Virus record (IMG/VR): IMGVR_UViG_3300034375_000774
Coordinates: 1 to 52,397 of that record
DNA from: a virus
Lineage: Duplodnaviria; Caudoviricetes
Length of the DNA stretch: 52,397 bases
Reading direction: 5' to 3' (one strand)
Shown here: positions 34,999 through 43,976 of the stretch, piece after piece
Position numbering within the stretch: position 1 is the first letter of the stretch
Layout: every line of letters starts with the position of its first letter
The notes under the pieces: generated by a model
What the model was told of the DNA's origin: nothing
Databases searched by the model: none
Seen by the model: the letters and a program-made list of their open reading frames with translations, nothing else
Program-made: the position numbers and the translations under genes

Positions 34999-35867
34999 AC
35001 CACACAGCTGAGCTAGCCTTACACACATTCCTACAGAAAGCACTTGCAGGTGAGACTACAGTTGATGAAGCTGTGATTGAGCAGGTAGGTAAAGACGTAG
35101 CGGATGCAGTGCGTAAGCAGTTCAGCAGCGGTCCACGTGACAAGTTTAAACTACGGATGTCCAACCTTGGACGTCCGACTTGTCAGCTGTGGTTCGAGAA
35201 GAATGACCCTGAGGATAAGACACCATTCCCTCCACAGTTCCTAGTGAATATGATGCTAGGCGATATTGTTGAGGCGGTATTCAAAGGGCTTCTTCGTGCT
35301 GCTGATGTAGAGTTTACGGATAACGAAAAGGTTGTACTCACTTTGTCTGATGGCACAGAGATCAGTGGTGAGTACGACATGGTTCTTGATGGTAAGGTAG
35401 ATGACGTTAAGTCTGCGTCACCTTGGTCTTACCAGAATAAGTTCAAGGACTTTGAGACCTTAGCTAAAGGTGATAGCTTTGGTTATGTAAGCCAGTTAGT
35501 TGGTTACGCTAAAGCTGCAGACAAAGAAGTCGGTGGTTGGTGGGTAGTCAACAAAGCTAATGGGGAGTTCAAATATGTTGACGCTTCTGGTGTTGATGTC
35601 GATGCGGAACTACATAAGATCGAAGAGACAGTCGAGTACATACAATCAGACAAACCGTTTGAGCGTTGCTTCGAGGCTATCCCTGAGACATACTTCAAGA
35701 AGCCTAGCGGTAACTTGAAGCTGAACGCAACGTGTGGCTTCTGTGCTTACAAACATAAGTGTTGGCCTAACCTACAGACACTACCCTCTCGTGTGTCTAA
35801 GGCGGCTGATAAACCGATGATCGACTACGTATTCATAGGAGATGAAAGTGCCAGCGAAGAGACATAA
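34995..35867 (+). CDS. PD-(D/E)XK exonuclease (Cas4-like)
   Basis: LRMSNLG..C, GEYD..LDGKVDDVKS, Y..QL.GY and C..C....C motifs. Confidence 0.85.
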   Translation: MNHTAELALHTFLQKALAGETTVDEAVIEQVGKDVADAVRKQFSSGPRDKFKLRMSNLGRPTCQLWFEKNDPEDKTPFPPQFLVNMMLGDIVEAVFKGLLRAADVEFTDNEKVVLTLSDGTEISGEYDMVLDGKVDDVKSASPWSYQNKFKDFETLAKGDSFGYVSQLVGYAKAADKEVGGWWVVNKANGEFKYVDASGVDVDAELHKIEETVEYIQSDKPFERCFEAIPETYFKKPSGNLKLNATCGFCAYKHKCWPNLQTLPSRVSKAADKPMIDYVFIGDESASEET

Positions 35868-36285
35868 CTCTCGTAGATATCGTAGCGGCTTAGAAAAGAC
35901 TGTAGCTGAGTTCTTGAAAGTTAATCAAAAGAGATTACGTTATGAGGACTTAAAGATTGAGTGGAAGGATCTCAGGTACAGGACTTACACACCAGACTTT
36001 GTGTTAGATAATGGCATCGTAATTGAAACCAAGGGCATCTTCGATAACGAAGACAGACGTAAGCATATAGCTGTACGAGAACAACACCCTGAGTTAGATA
36101 TACGGTTTGTCTTCAGTAACGCTAACGCTAAGTTATACAAAGGAGCTAAGTCTACTTATGCTGCTTGGTGTGAGAAGCATGGCTTCTTGTACTCGCACAG
36201 GACTATACCTCTTGAGTGGCTGCAAGAAGAAGGTACACCACTCAGGACTAGCTTGATAGAACTTAAGGAGGAAAAGCATGGGTGA
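35842..36285 (+). CDS. Endonuclease I (T7 gp3-like resolvase)
   Basis: YRSGLE, YTPDF, IETKG, HPELDIRFVF and WCEKHGF. Confidence 0.92.
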   Translation: MKVPAKRHNSRRYRSGLEKTVAEFLKVNQKRLRYEDLKIEWKDLRYRTYTPDFVLDNGIVIETKGIFDNEDRRKHIAVREQHPELDIRFVFSNANAKLYKGAKSTYAAWCEKHGFLYSHRTIPLEWLQEEGTPLRTSLIELKEEKHG

Positions 36286-36574
36286 GATAGGCAAAGACGA
36301 GTTCGCAGTAGTACTCAAGCCAACAGGATTAGTTGACGGACAATACACTACTGTGTCTGTCTACTTGATGACACACGACGATAGCACACTAGATGAGAGC
36401 AACTTCAATCGGTTGTTTCATGCGGGTAGTTTGATGGCTACGTTCCTTGAACTTGTAGAAGAGCACCCAGCGCTTATGCGATTAGCTATAGAGAAGAGGG
36501 ATGAGATAGCACAATCAGACTTCTTAGACACAGACATGCTAACACCTTTCAGTAAAACTTATGGGAGTGCCTGA
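36278..36574 (+). CDS. Hypothetical protein
   Basis: AGGAGG RBS; ends FSKTYGSA. Confidence 0.7.
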   Translation: MGEIGKDEFAVVLKPTGLVDGQYTTVSVYLMTHDDSTLDESNFNRLFHAGSLMATFLELVEEHPALMRLAIEKRDEIAQSDFLDTDMLTPFSKTYGSA

Positions 36575-36576
36575 CC

Positions 36577-36747
36577 GTGAATAAAAAGTTTAGTGTAACT
36601 TTTGTTCTAGAAGTAGATGAGGACAACAACATACTGTCCTCTTTAGAAGAAGCACATGTTGATGATGTGTTTGATTTAGTAAAGGATATCTTCTACGATG
36701 TGGATGATGTCGAAGTAGATAACTTAAATGTTAAGGAGAGACTATGA
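36577..36747 (+). CDS. 56-aa highly acidic protein (not in the ORF track)
   Basis: GGGAG RBS then GTG; ATGA overlap with mazG. Confidence 0.7.
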   Translation: MNKKFSVTFVLEVDEDNNILSSLEEAHVDDVFDLVKDIFYDVDDVEVDNLNVKERL

Positions 36748-37124
36748 GTACATTAAGTGATGGTGACTTAGAAGCCTGGGAATACTACAGTGAGACATAT
36801 AGCAAGAAAGAGATGGGTTTAAATGCGTACCAAAAAGCAGCAGCCAAGACTGCCATTTACAAAGCCGAGCATTCTATTCTGTATCCTGCGCTGGGCTTGG
36901 CAGGTGAAGCAGGGGAAGTCGCAAACAAAGTAAAGAAGATGCTGCGTGATGGTAACTTTGACCGTCAAGCTATTGCAGCTGAAGTAGGTGACGTGTTGTG
37001 GTACATTGCTGCACTATCACGAGATTTAAACTTAGACATGCATGACCTTGCTATGAAAAATCTAGAGAAGTTATATGGACGCAAGGCACGAGGTACACTT
37101 TCAGGTTCAGGAGACAACAGATGA
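36744..37124 (+). CDS. mazG: MazG-like nucleotide pyrophosphohydrolase
   Basis: LGLAGEAGEVANKVKK...EVGDVLWY...NLEKL. Confidence 0.9.
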   Translation: MSTLSDGDLEAWEYYSETYSKKEMGLNAYQKAAAKTAIYKAEHSILYPALGLAGEAGEVANKVKKMLRDGNFDRQAIAAEVGDVLWYIAALSRDLNLDMHDLAMKNLEKLYGRKARGTLSGSGDNR

Positions 37125-37273
37125 AGATTAGGCGTTTTTACTTTACGAAAGAAAGTGAATGGTCTCGAAATGTCCGTAGAGAGGACAAGGATGGGCCTTG
37201 GTGTCGTTATGAAGATGTAGAGAAACTACTGGAACGCATCGAAGAACTGGAAAAAGGAAAAACAGATGAATAA
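37121..37273 (+). CDS. 50-aa protein (not in the ORF track)
   Basis: AGGAG RBS; DGPWCRYEDV motif. Confidence 0.65.
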   Translation: MKIRRFYFTKESEWSRNVRREDKDGPWCRYEDVEKLLERIEELEKGKTDE

Positions 37274-39161
37274 CTTTTTACCAACAGACTACCAAGCATT
37301 TATTCACAAGTCACGCTACGCTAAGTACTTCGATGGGTATGGGCGTGAGTCTTGGGATGACACAGTAGCACGTTACGCTACCAATGTAATCGCTGACAAG
37401 GTTGACGCAGAGACACGCTTCGAGATTGAGCAAGCTATCCTTGGCTTAGAGATCATGCCATCTATGAGAGCTATGATGACTGCAGGCCCAGCACTAGATC
37501 GTGATAACACAGCAGGGTACAACTGTTCATATCTCCCCGTAGATGACCCTAAGAGCTTCGACGAAGCGATGTACATCCTCCTCTGCGGTACTGGTGTCGG
37601 CTTCTCTGTTGAACGACAGTACGTATCTAAGCTTCCCGAAGTGCCTGTCCTCTATGATAGTGACACTACCGTTGTCGTTAAAGATAGTAAGGAAGGGTGG
37701 GCTAAGGCTTTCCGTCAAGTGTTGGCACTCCTATGGGCTGGTGAGATTCCTAAATGGGACGTGTCTAAGGTACGCCCTGCAGGTGCACGACTAAAGACAT
37801 TCGGTGGACGTGCCAGTGGCCCAGCGCCTTTAGTTGAACTGTTTAACTTTGCTGTGTCTACATTCAAGAACGCACAAGGACGTAAGCTATCTTCACTAGA
37901 GTGTCACGACTTGATGTGCTTCATTGGTCAGATCGTTGTGGTTGGTGGTGTACGCCGCAGTGCTATGATCTCTTTGTCTAACTTGAGTGATGATCGTATG
38001 CGTCACGCTAAGTCAGGACAATGGTGGGAAACTGCAGCGCACCGTGCATTGGCTAACAACAGCGTCAGCTACACGGAGAAGCCTGACGTAGAGACATTCA
38101 TGCGTGAGTGGACTGCGCTAGTAGAAAGTAAATCAGGTGAACGTGGAGTGTTTAACCGTGAAGCATCTAAGAAACAGGCAGCTAAGTTTGGTAGACGTAA
38201 TCCTGACTTTGACTTCGGGACTAACCCGTGTAGTGAGATCATCTTGCGCCCTTATCAGTTCTGTAATCTTACAGAGTGTGTTGTCCGTGCTACGGATAGC
38301 ATCGACGATCTTATTCGCAAGGTACGATTGGCTACAATCCTTGGGACCATCCAGTCAACCTACACAAAGTTCCCATACCTACGTAAAGTCTGGCAGAACA
38401 ACACAGAAGAAGAACGACTGCTAGGTGTCTCCTTGACAGGGATTATGGATAACCCTCTGATGACATCTCAGAATGCAGGATTGGAGAAGACCCTTGAACG
38501 TCTACGTGAAGTGGCTGTTGATACTAATACTGAGTGGGCTAATAAACTTGGTATTCCTGTATCTGCTTCTATTACATGTGTTAAACCTAGCGGCACAGTA
38601 TCTCAGCTTGTTGATTCTGCATCTGGTATCCATGCCCGACATTCAGACTATTATATCCGCACTGTACGAGGCGATAACAAAGACCCTCTCACTCAGTTTA
38701 TGAAGGATCAAGGTATTCCATATGAGCCTTGCGTCTTCAAGGGTGACACTACTACAGTGTTCAGCTTCCCTCAGAAGTCCCCAGACAATGCGGTAACACG
38801 TAATGACATGACTGCTATCGAACAGCTAGAGACATGGCTAACGTATCAGCGTCATTGGTGTGAGCATAAACCATCGGTGACTATATCAGTCCGTGAATCG
38901 GAATGGCTAGACGTGGGTGCGTTTGTCTACAAGCACTTCGATGAAATGTCAGGTGTGTCATTTTTGCCACACTCAGATCATACTTATCAGCAAGCACCAT
39001 ATCAGGATTGCACAAAGGATGAGTATGAGGTATTGCTAGCTAAGATGCCAGAGCGTATCGACTGGGCTAAGCTGTCTGAGTATGAACAAGAAGACAACAC
39101 TGTAGCTATGCAGACGATGGCTTGCTCTGGTGACTCGTGCGAAATCGTAGACCTAACATAG
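37266..39161 (+). CDS. nrdJ: Class II (B12-dependent) ribonucleotide reductase
   Basis: YNCSY, GGVRRSA, GTNPCSEI, FCNL, TCVKPSGT and C-terminal ACSGDSC; no beta subunit gene. Confidence 0.92.
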   Translation: MNNFLPTDYQAFIHKSRYAKYFDGYGRESWDDTVARYATNVIADKVDAETRFEIEQAILGLEIMPSMRAMMTAGPALDRDNTAGYNCSYLPVDDPKSFDEAMYILLCGTGVGFSVERQYVSKLPEVPVLYDSDTTVVVKDSKEGWAKAFRQVLALLWAGEIPKWDVSKVRPAGARLKTFGGRASGPAPLVELFNFAVSTFKNAQGRKLSSLECHDLMCFIGQIVVVGGVRRSAMISLSNLSDDRMRHAKSGQWWETAAHRALANNSVSYTEKPDVETFMREWTALVESKSGERGVFNREASKKQAAKFGRRNPDFDFGTNPCSEIILRPYQFCNLTECVVRATDSIDDLIRKVRLATILGTIQSTYTKFPYLRKVWQNNTEEERLLGVSLTGIMDNPLMTSQNAGLEKTLERLREVAVDTNTEWANKLGIPVSASITCVKPSGTVSQLVDSASGIHARHSDYYIRTVRGDNKDPLTQFMKDQGIPYEPCVFKGDTTTVFSFPQKSPDNAVTRNDMTAIEQLETWLTYQRHWCEHKPSVTISVRESEWLDVGAFVYKHFDEMSGVSFLPHSDHTYQQAPYQDCTKDEYEVLLAKMPERIDWAKLSEYEQEDNTVAMQTMACSGDSCEIVDLT

Positions 39162-39337
39162 GGTCTACACCATCGCCCTGCGTAAAGGTCTGTCGCATAC
39201 GTGATGATGGGTACTGCGCAGGGTGCATGAGGACCATAGATGAAATACGTGATTGGATGATAATGTCCGACTACGAGCAGAAGAAACTTTTGTTTGAACT
39301 TAAATGGAGACAAGATGTACACAATCATCAGTCGTAA
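39137..39337 (+). CDS. DUF1289 protein
   Basis: SPCVKVC....GYCAGCMRTIDEIRDW. Confidence 0.85.
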   Translation: MRNRRPNIGSTPSPCVKVCRIRDDGYCAGCMRTIDEIRDWMIMSDYEQKKLLFELKWRQDVHNHQS

Positions 39338-39560
39338 CCAGTGTAACTTTTGTGATCAAGCTAAGGCACTACTAGAAGGGGCTAACAAAGAGTACGTAGA
39401 GTACAACATACAAGAAGAGACTAGTGCATGGCTGCTGTATGTGCTTAAGCATTCAAGCATTACAACAGTACCACAAGTGTTCAGTGAGAACGGTAGTTAC
39501 ATTGGTGGGTATAGTGAACTAAAAGAATGGTTGGAGAGTAATGCAGCTAGACCTCTTTAA
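39315..39560 (+). CDS. Glutaredoxin
   Basis: CNFC, TVPQVF and IGGY; GGAG RBS. Confidence 0.9.
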   Translation: MYTIISRNQCNFCDQAKALLEGANKEYVEYNIQEETSAWLLYVLKHSSITTVPQVFSENGSYIGGYSELKEWLESNAARPL

Positions 39561-39936
39561 AGAACCTGTAGTGTCTAACCTTAACCCTGAGCTACGTCTA
39601 TGCAAGAAGTGTGGCGAAGAGAAATCACTAGATGAGTTCAACGCTATATACTACAGGAAGAATGGTGAAGCTACAAAAGGTTACAGGTGTGCAGCCTGTC
39701 AGAAAGAACACTCTCGTACAGTAAGCACACTAAAGAAGATGCACCCTAAGCCTGTTGATAATGTGTGTGAATCATGCGGTGATGTAGCAGAGAAGATTTG
39801 TTTAGATCATAGCCACAAGACAGGAGAGTTTAGGGGGTGGCTCTGTGAGGGGTGTAACCACAGTGCAGGTAAGTCTAATGATGATCCTGTTAAGTTAGAA
39901 AAGCTAGCGGAGTATTTACGTGAACGATCCAGTTAA
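39541..39936 (+). CDS. Endonuclease VII-like HNH nuclease
   Basis: CESC...LDHSHKTGEFRGWLCEGCN. Confidence 0.85.
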   Translation: MQLDLFKEPVVSNLNPELRLCKKCGEEKSLDEFNAIYYRKNGEATKGYRCAACQKEHSRTVSTLKKMHPKPVDNVCESCGDVAEKICLDHSHKTGEFRGWLCEGCNHSAGKSNDDPVKLEKLAEYLRERSS

Positions 39937-40147
39937 CAAACCAGTGCACTACAACCAAGCAGGTATAGAGTGCATCGAAGCTATTGAAGCTATGACAGAG
40001 AACATGTCAGGCGCTATAGCACCACACGCAGCTAACGTACTGAAGTACATGTGGCGGTGTGAATACAAGAATGGTCTAGAGGATATTGATAAAGCTATCT
40101 GGTATCTAACTAGGCTACGTCAGCGCTGGGTAGAAACACATAAATAG
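39920..40147 (+). CDS. DUF3310 protein (T7 gp1.7 nucleotide-kinase-like)
   Basis: DPVNKPVHY..IECIEAI..NVLKYMWR..KNGLEDIDKAIWYL. Confidence 0.88.
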   Translation: MNDPVNKPVHYNQAGIECIEAIEAMTENMSGAIAPHAANVLKYMWRCEYKNGLEDIDKAIWYLTRLRQRWVETHK

Positions 40148-40150
40148 GTG

Positions 40151-40179
40151 TTGACACTGTGTTTTACTTATGGTAGAAT
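40151..40179 (+). promoter_or_regulatory. Strong sigma70-like promoter
   Basis: TTGACA-N17-TAGAAT with extended TG. Confidence 0.8.
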
Positions 40180-40210
40180 ACACGCACATGCCAAACAACG
40201 GAGTAGTTAT

Positions 40211-40420
40211 GTGGCTTTCAGTATAGAAGAAGAAGCTAAGCGTTTCATTGAACATAAGCGTGTACAGTTTATTCAAGGGCTAGACGATGCAGCGTCTGAC
40301 TTGATACATTACATAGATGATAACTTACACAATGCTGATGAGAAAGACTACGCTATCAAGGCTCTAAAGGAAGCTGTGTTGTGGTCTCGAAGTTGTGCAA
40401 CCAAACATGGCATAAAGTAG
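40211..40420 (+). CDS. Small helical-hairpin protein, Acb2/Tad1-like
   Basis: GGAG RBS then GTG 40211; EKDYAIKALKEAVLWS. Confidence 0.55.
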   Translation: MAFSIEEEAKRFIEHKRVQFIQGLDDAASDLIHYIDDNLHNADEKDYAIKALKEAVLWSRSCATKHGIK

Positions 40421-40428
40421 AACTAGAA

Positions 40429-40456
40429 AGGGGGGCTTAGTTGCCCCCCTCTTTTT
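40429..40456. terminator. Terminator between the convergent arms (likely bidirectional)
   Basis: AGGGGGGC-TTAGTT-GCCCCCCT followed by CTTTTT. Confidence 0.85.
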
Positions 40457-40457
40457 A

Positions 40458-43400
40458 TTATCTCAAACCTAATAGTTTCTGTTGTTTCTTTTCAACCTCT
40501 TTGTCTAGCTCTATGTAGCCGACAAGGAGTTGTATCTGTTCCGTGTCTAGCTTCGACGGATCTTGATCAAAGCCCATATCTTTTAAGTACTGAGCTAGGT
40601 CTTTCTTATTAACGAAGCTACCTTCCCCTAACTTAAATAATAATGATGTACGTGTATCCTCAGGGTTAAACGAGTTCTCAAGTAAAGAGCGTATCTCTTT
40701 TTTAGCCTCACTGATTACACGAGAGATCATATCCTTCTTACCGCTTGCAGAGGCAGACTTCCAAGCATATGTGTCAAGTAGCTCAGCTGCTTTGTAGTTA
40801 AGGATAGGCGTAATCATACTGTTGACATCGTTGAGTGGTTCTGCAATAGATGAACGAATATTAGTACGCCACTGTGCTAGGCCAGCTTGGTTAAACATTT
40901 CTTGTATAGGACTCTGTGCTAGCTCTTCACGGAAACCAAAGATACGCCCAATAGGAAGACGATCCTTGCTTGATGTGAGCGCACGTTCTTTCTGCTCAGG
41001 CTTAGTGTACAGCTGCATAGCGCTTAGTAGCTCATCAGTGTAACGTACAGAGTTGTTCAACCACTCACTACCTTGACGACGATCAGGTGACACATACTCG
41101 TCACCCTTCATTAGTGAAGCTGTGATGTTCACTGGATCAAGTGGACGAGAGTAGCCTGACAAATACATAGCTGCAGACTTTTGTACAACCTCAGTAAGGA
41201 CACGCTTAGTTTCAATGTCATCAGATGTAGCAATGTCGATAAGCATGTCGTATGAAGCTTGGATACTATCGCCTAGCTGACGTGTAAGTTGTTGTGGTCC
41301 AAACGTAGCCGCTACCTCTTCAATAGTCGCACGAGGTATCTCACCATCACGTACAACGTAAGCAGCCATACGACCAATAGCTTTGTAGAAGCTGTAAGGG
41401 AAGTCATATTGTCTGTTACGTATAGTACCATCTGAACTGCGCTCTTGGAAGATGCCAAGCCCTTCCTCTAAGTAGTCCTTCTCATACGTATAAGCTGCGC
41501 CAATAAAGCTTAGACCTACAGCAGACTTAGTTAGCAGTTCCATAGGGTCACGTGTAGTACCAGCCAGATACTTATGCACTAAGCTGATGCCTGTGTGGTC
41601 CATCATGTGGCCTAGTGTGTTATTAAAGAACTGTCCAAACGGAACCATCGCACCAACCACAGGGTACTTACGAATATCCTCGACAATCTTAGCAGCAAAC
41701 TGTAGTGTACCCTTTGTGCCACCATAAGGCTTAGCGAACACAGCACGTAAAGCATCATCAGCTGACTCACTAACAATCTGTGCGTACTTGTCACCCTGCA
41801 TATTCTTCCACAAGTTAGGGTCACGAATAAACTCAGAGTAAGTTACACCATATTCAGCACGAATACGTTTATCTACAGAGTACATGAACTCTTGTGTCTT
41901 AGTGAGCATGTCTTGTGCTTTAACGCCGTAGATAGTTTGCAGTCCATCCATAGCTTTACTGAATAGACCCTCATTCTGAGATAGCTTCTCAGCGTCAGTA
42001 ACGCCAATCTCTTTAGCCATCTTACCAAAGTCTTGGAAGCCAATGTCTTTAGCTACTTCTTCTAGCTCAATACCACCAGACAAGTAGCGGAACATCTTCT
42101 TCTGTGCTTCAGGGTTATACGCAGCAAAGTCCATAAATGCTTCGTATGTCATGTGTGTGTCCAGAAGGTTACGCATCTTCTGTTTCTGCAACGTGAACAT
42201 CAACCCTGCACGTTTAGCATACTTAGCTGCACCTTCTTTGTTGAACATAGCAGTCTGTAAGATAGCGTTACCACCATACAAAGTGCCACGTACAATGTCA
42301 GACATACTTTGCATAGAGCTAGCAGTCTGCCAACCAATCAAGTTGAGCGCTGTAGTACCAGGGTGTGTAACAAGCATACGAATAAGGTTACGCTGCAAGA
42401 AGCTAGTCTTAGCTGCAAAAGCCTCACGCACTCGTGTAGACACAGGCGGTAGTTCTGCCTTGAGTAGTTCAGGTAGTACCTCATCATCAGCTACCTTAGG
42501 TATGTAACGCAATGTACGTGCAGCTTGTGACAAGATGTTAAGCTGTTGACCTGCTACGCTGAACTCTTTAGCATCCATATCTAAGGCTTGCAGTAGAGAC
42601 TTACCTTTGTAGTCAGGCACAGCTTTACCTAAGGTGTTACGGAAGACATCATCTAACTGATCTTGTACATTCTGAGGCATCTCACGAATAAGATCATGCA
42701 TCCAGTTAGAGAAGTTGTCATCGTCTGTACGCTTAGTCCAGTTACGTACACCATTCTCAGCTAAGATATCAGCAACACCCTTGAAGCCTAGCTTCTCGTC
42801 ACCCAAGTAGAAAGCTTTACGTATTTGTGTTTCTTTAGATACACGCTGTCCGTTGCCTAACAAACGCAGTAATCCACCACGTTCTACTTTATCAGCAAAG
42901 TCTTCCATATTCTTCTTAAAGTCAGGTAGACTATCTTGGAAGCCACGTAAGTCTAGCTTCTCCTTAACTGACTTAGTTACATCCCCAGCTATCTCACGAG
43001 CACGAGCTAGGTCTGTGTTAGCTCTATCAAAGTAGAACGCAGCTAGCATATCTGAGTCAGCATCAAAGCTACGTCCTAACATAGACAAGCCCATAGATAA
43101 GCCTGTACCAAACGCACCACCGACTGCAGCCACAGAGCCTTGTACTAAGTCGTACTCACTCTGTAGTCCTACCTCTTGCATAGCTTGCTGATACACAGCA
43201 TCCATAGACACACCAGCTACAGTGTCAGTCGCACCTGTGTACAGCGCTTCCTTTACAGCCAGACCTTTAGAGGCTTTCTTAAACGCTTCACTACGTAAGG
43301 TCTCACCTATAAGCTTACGCTCTACTTGCTTGGCTGCTTGCTTAGCGCTTTGAGTCAAGCCTTGCTTCTGAATAATCTTAGCTACTTCACGCTTAACACC

Positions 43401-43967
43401 TTCTTTGGCTAGCTGTGCTGCAGCCTTAGAGCCGCCGCCTGTAATAAGCTTACCTACACCAAGAGATACAACGTTAACTGGATCAACAATAAGCGCTCTA
43501 CCGTAGTCGTACACAGCGTCCAGCTTCTCCATGCCAGACGTACCCTCAGCAAAGGCACCCTTCATAGAGTCAAACGTCTGGTAAGCTGCAGCAGCCTCAG
43601 CTTTCTGTGCTTCTGTGGCACCATTAAGATATGATAGTTCACCTACAGTAACGACAGACTGACCAAAGTTAAACTTACGCATGTGGTTAACGTAGGCATC
43701 AGCTATCTCTTGACGATCAAACTTATCCTCAGTCATACCAAACTTAGACTTCATGTAAGGCGCATACTTTTGGAACACGTCATCACGAGTAAGGTCACGC
43801 ACACCTTCAGGGTCTAAGTAGGAATCTACTTGTTGTTCTACTTTCGGACGGTCCGAAGATACGTCTTCAGCAGTACCAAGAAAGGCATCTAAAGGGCTTA
43901 CTGTCTTTTGTTTTTCTTCTTTCTCAGGTGTAATAGGATCACCCAAGAACATATCTAAGTTAGCCAT
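40458..43967 (-). CDS. Large internal virion (ejection) protein
   Basis: 1169 aa, helical, last gene of the core-protein cluster; DPVN motif. Confidence 0.65.
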   Translation of the reverse strand: MANLDMFLGDPITPEKEEKQKTVSPLDAFLGTAEDVSSDRPKVEQQVDSYLDPEGVRDLTRDDVFQKYAPYMKSKFGMTEDKFDRQEIADAYVNHMRKFNFGQSVVTVGELSYLNGATEAQKAEAAAAYQTFDSMKGAFAEGTSGMEKLDAVYDYGRALIVDPVNVVSLGVGKLITGGGSKAAAQLAKEGVKREVAKIIQKQGLTQSAKQAAKQVERKLIGETLRSEAFKKASKGLAVKEALYTGATDTVAGVSMDAVYQQAMQEVGLQSEYDLVQGSVAAVGGAFGTGLSMGLSMLGRSFDADSDMLAAFYFDRANTDLARAREIAGDVTKSVKEKLDLRGFQDSLPDFKKNMEDFADKVERGGLLRLLGNGQRVSKETQIRKAFYLGDEKLGFKGVADILAENGVRNWTKRTDDDNFSNWMHDLIREMPQNVQDQLDDVFRNTLGKAVPDYKGKSLLQALDMDAKEFSVAGQQLNILSQAARTLRYIPKVADDEVLPELLKAELPPVSTRVREAFAAKTSFLQRNLIRMLVTHPGTTALNLIGWQTASSMQSMSDIVRGTLYGGNAILQTAMFNKEGAAKYAKRAGLMFTLQKQKMRNLLDTHMTYEAFMDFAAYNPEAQKKMFRYLSGGIELEEVAKDIGFQDFGKMAKEIGVTDAEKLSQNEGLFSKAMDGLQTIYGVKAQDMLTKTQEFMYSVDKRIRAEYGVTYSEFIRDPNLWKNMQGDKYAQIVSESADDALRAVFAKPYGGTKGTLQFAAKIVEDIRKYPVVGAMVPFGQFFNNTLGHMMDHTGISLVHKYLAGTTRDPMELLTKSAVGLSFIGAAYTYEKDYLEEGLGIFQERSSDGTIRNRQYDFPYSFYKAIGRMAAYVVRDGEIPRATIEEVAATFGPQQLTRQLGDSIQASYDMLIDIATSDDIETKRVLTEVVQKSAAMYLSGYSRPLDPVNITASLMKGDEYVSPDRRQGSEWLNNSVRYTDELLSAMQLYTKPEQKERALTSSKDRLPIGRIFGFREELAQSPIQEMFNQAGLAQWRTNIRSSIAEPLNDVNSMITPILNYKAAELLDTYAWKSASASGKKDMISRVISEAKKEIRSLLENSFNPEDTRTSLLFKLGEGSFVNKKDLAQYLKDMGFDQDPSKLDTEQIQLLVGYIELDKEVEKKQQKLLGLR
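43839..43861. repeat. 23-bp palindrome, copy 8 (intragenic, isolated)
   Basis: TACTTTCGGACGGTCCGAAGATA. Confidence 0.88.
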
Positions 43968-43976
43968 AGCTCTACC

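Noticed and set aside
35166-35180. TTGGACGTCCGA (and GGTCCGAA at 34035) as extra palindrome copies
   Set aside because: Only half-sites or wrong spacing; compatible with chance
40458-43967. Virion RNA polymerase as reader of hairpin promoters
   Set aside because: No recognisable polymerase motifs and much shorter than N4 vRNAP
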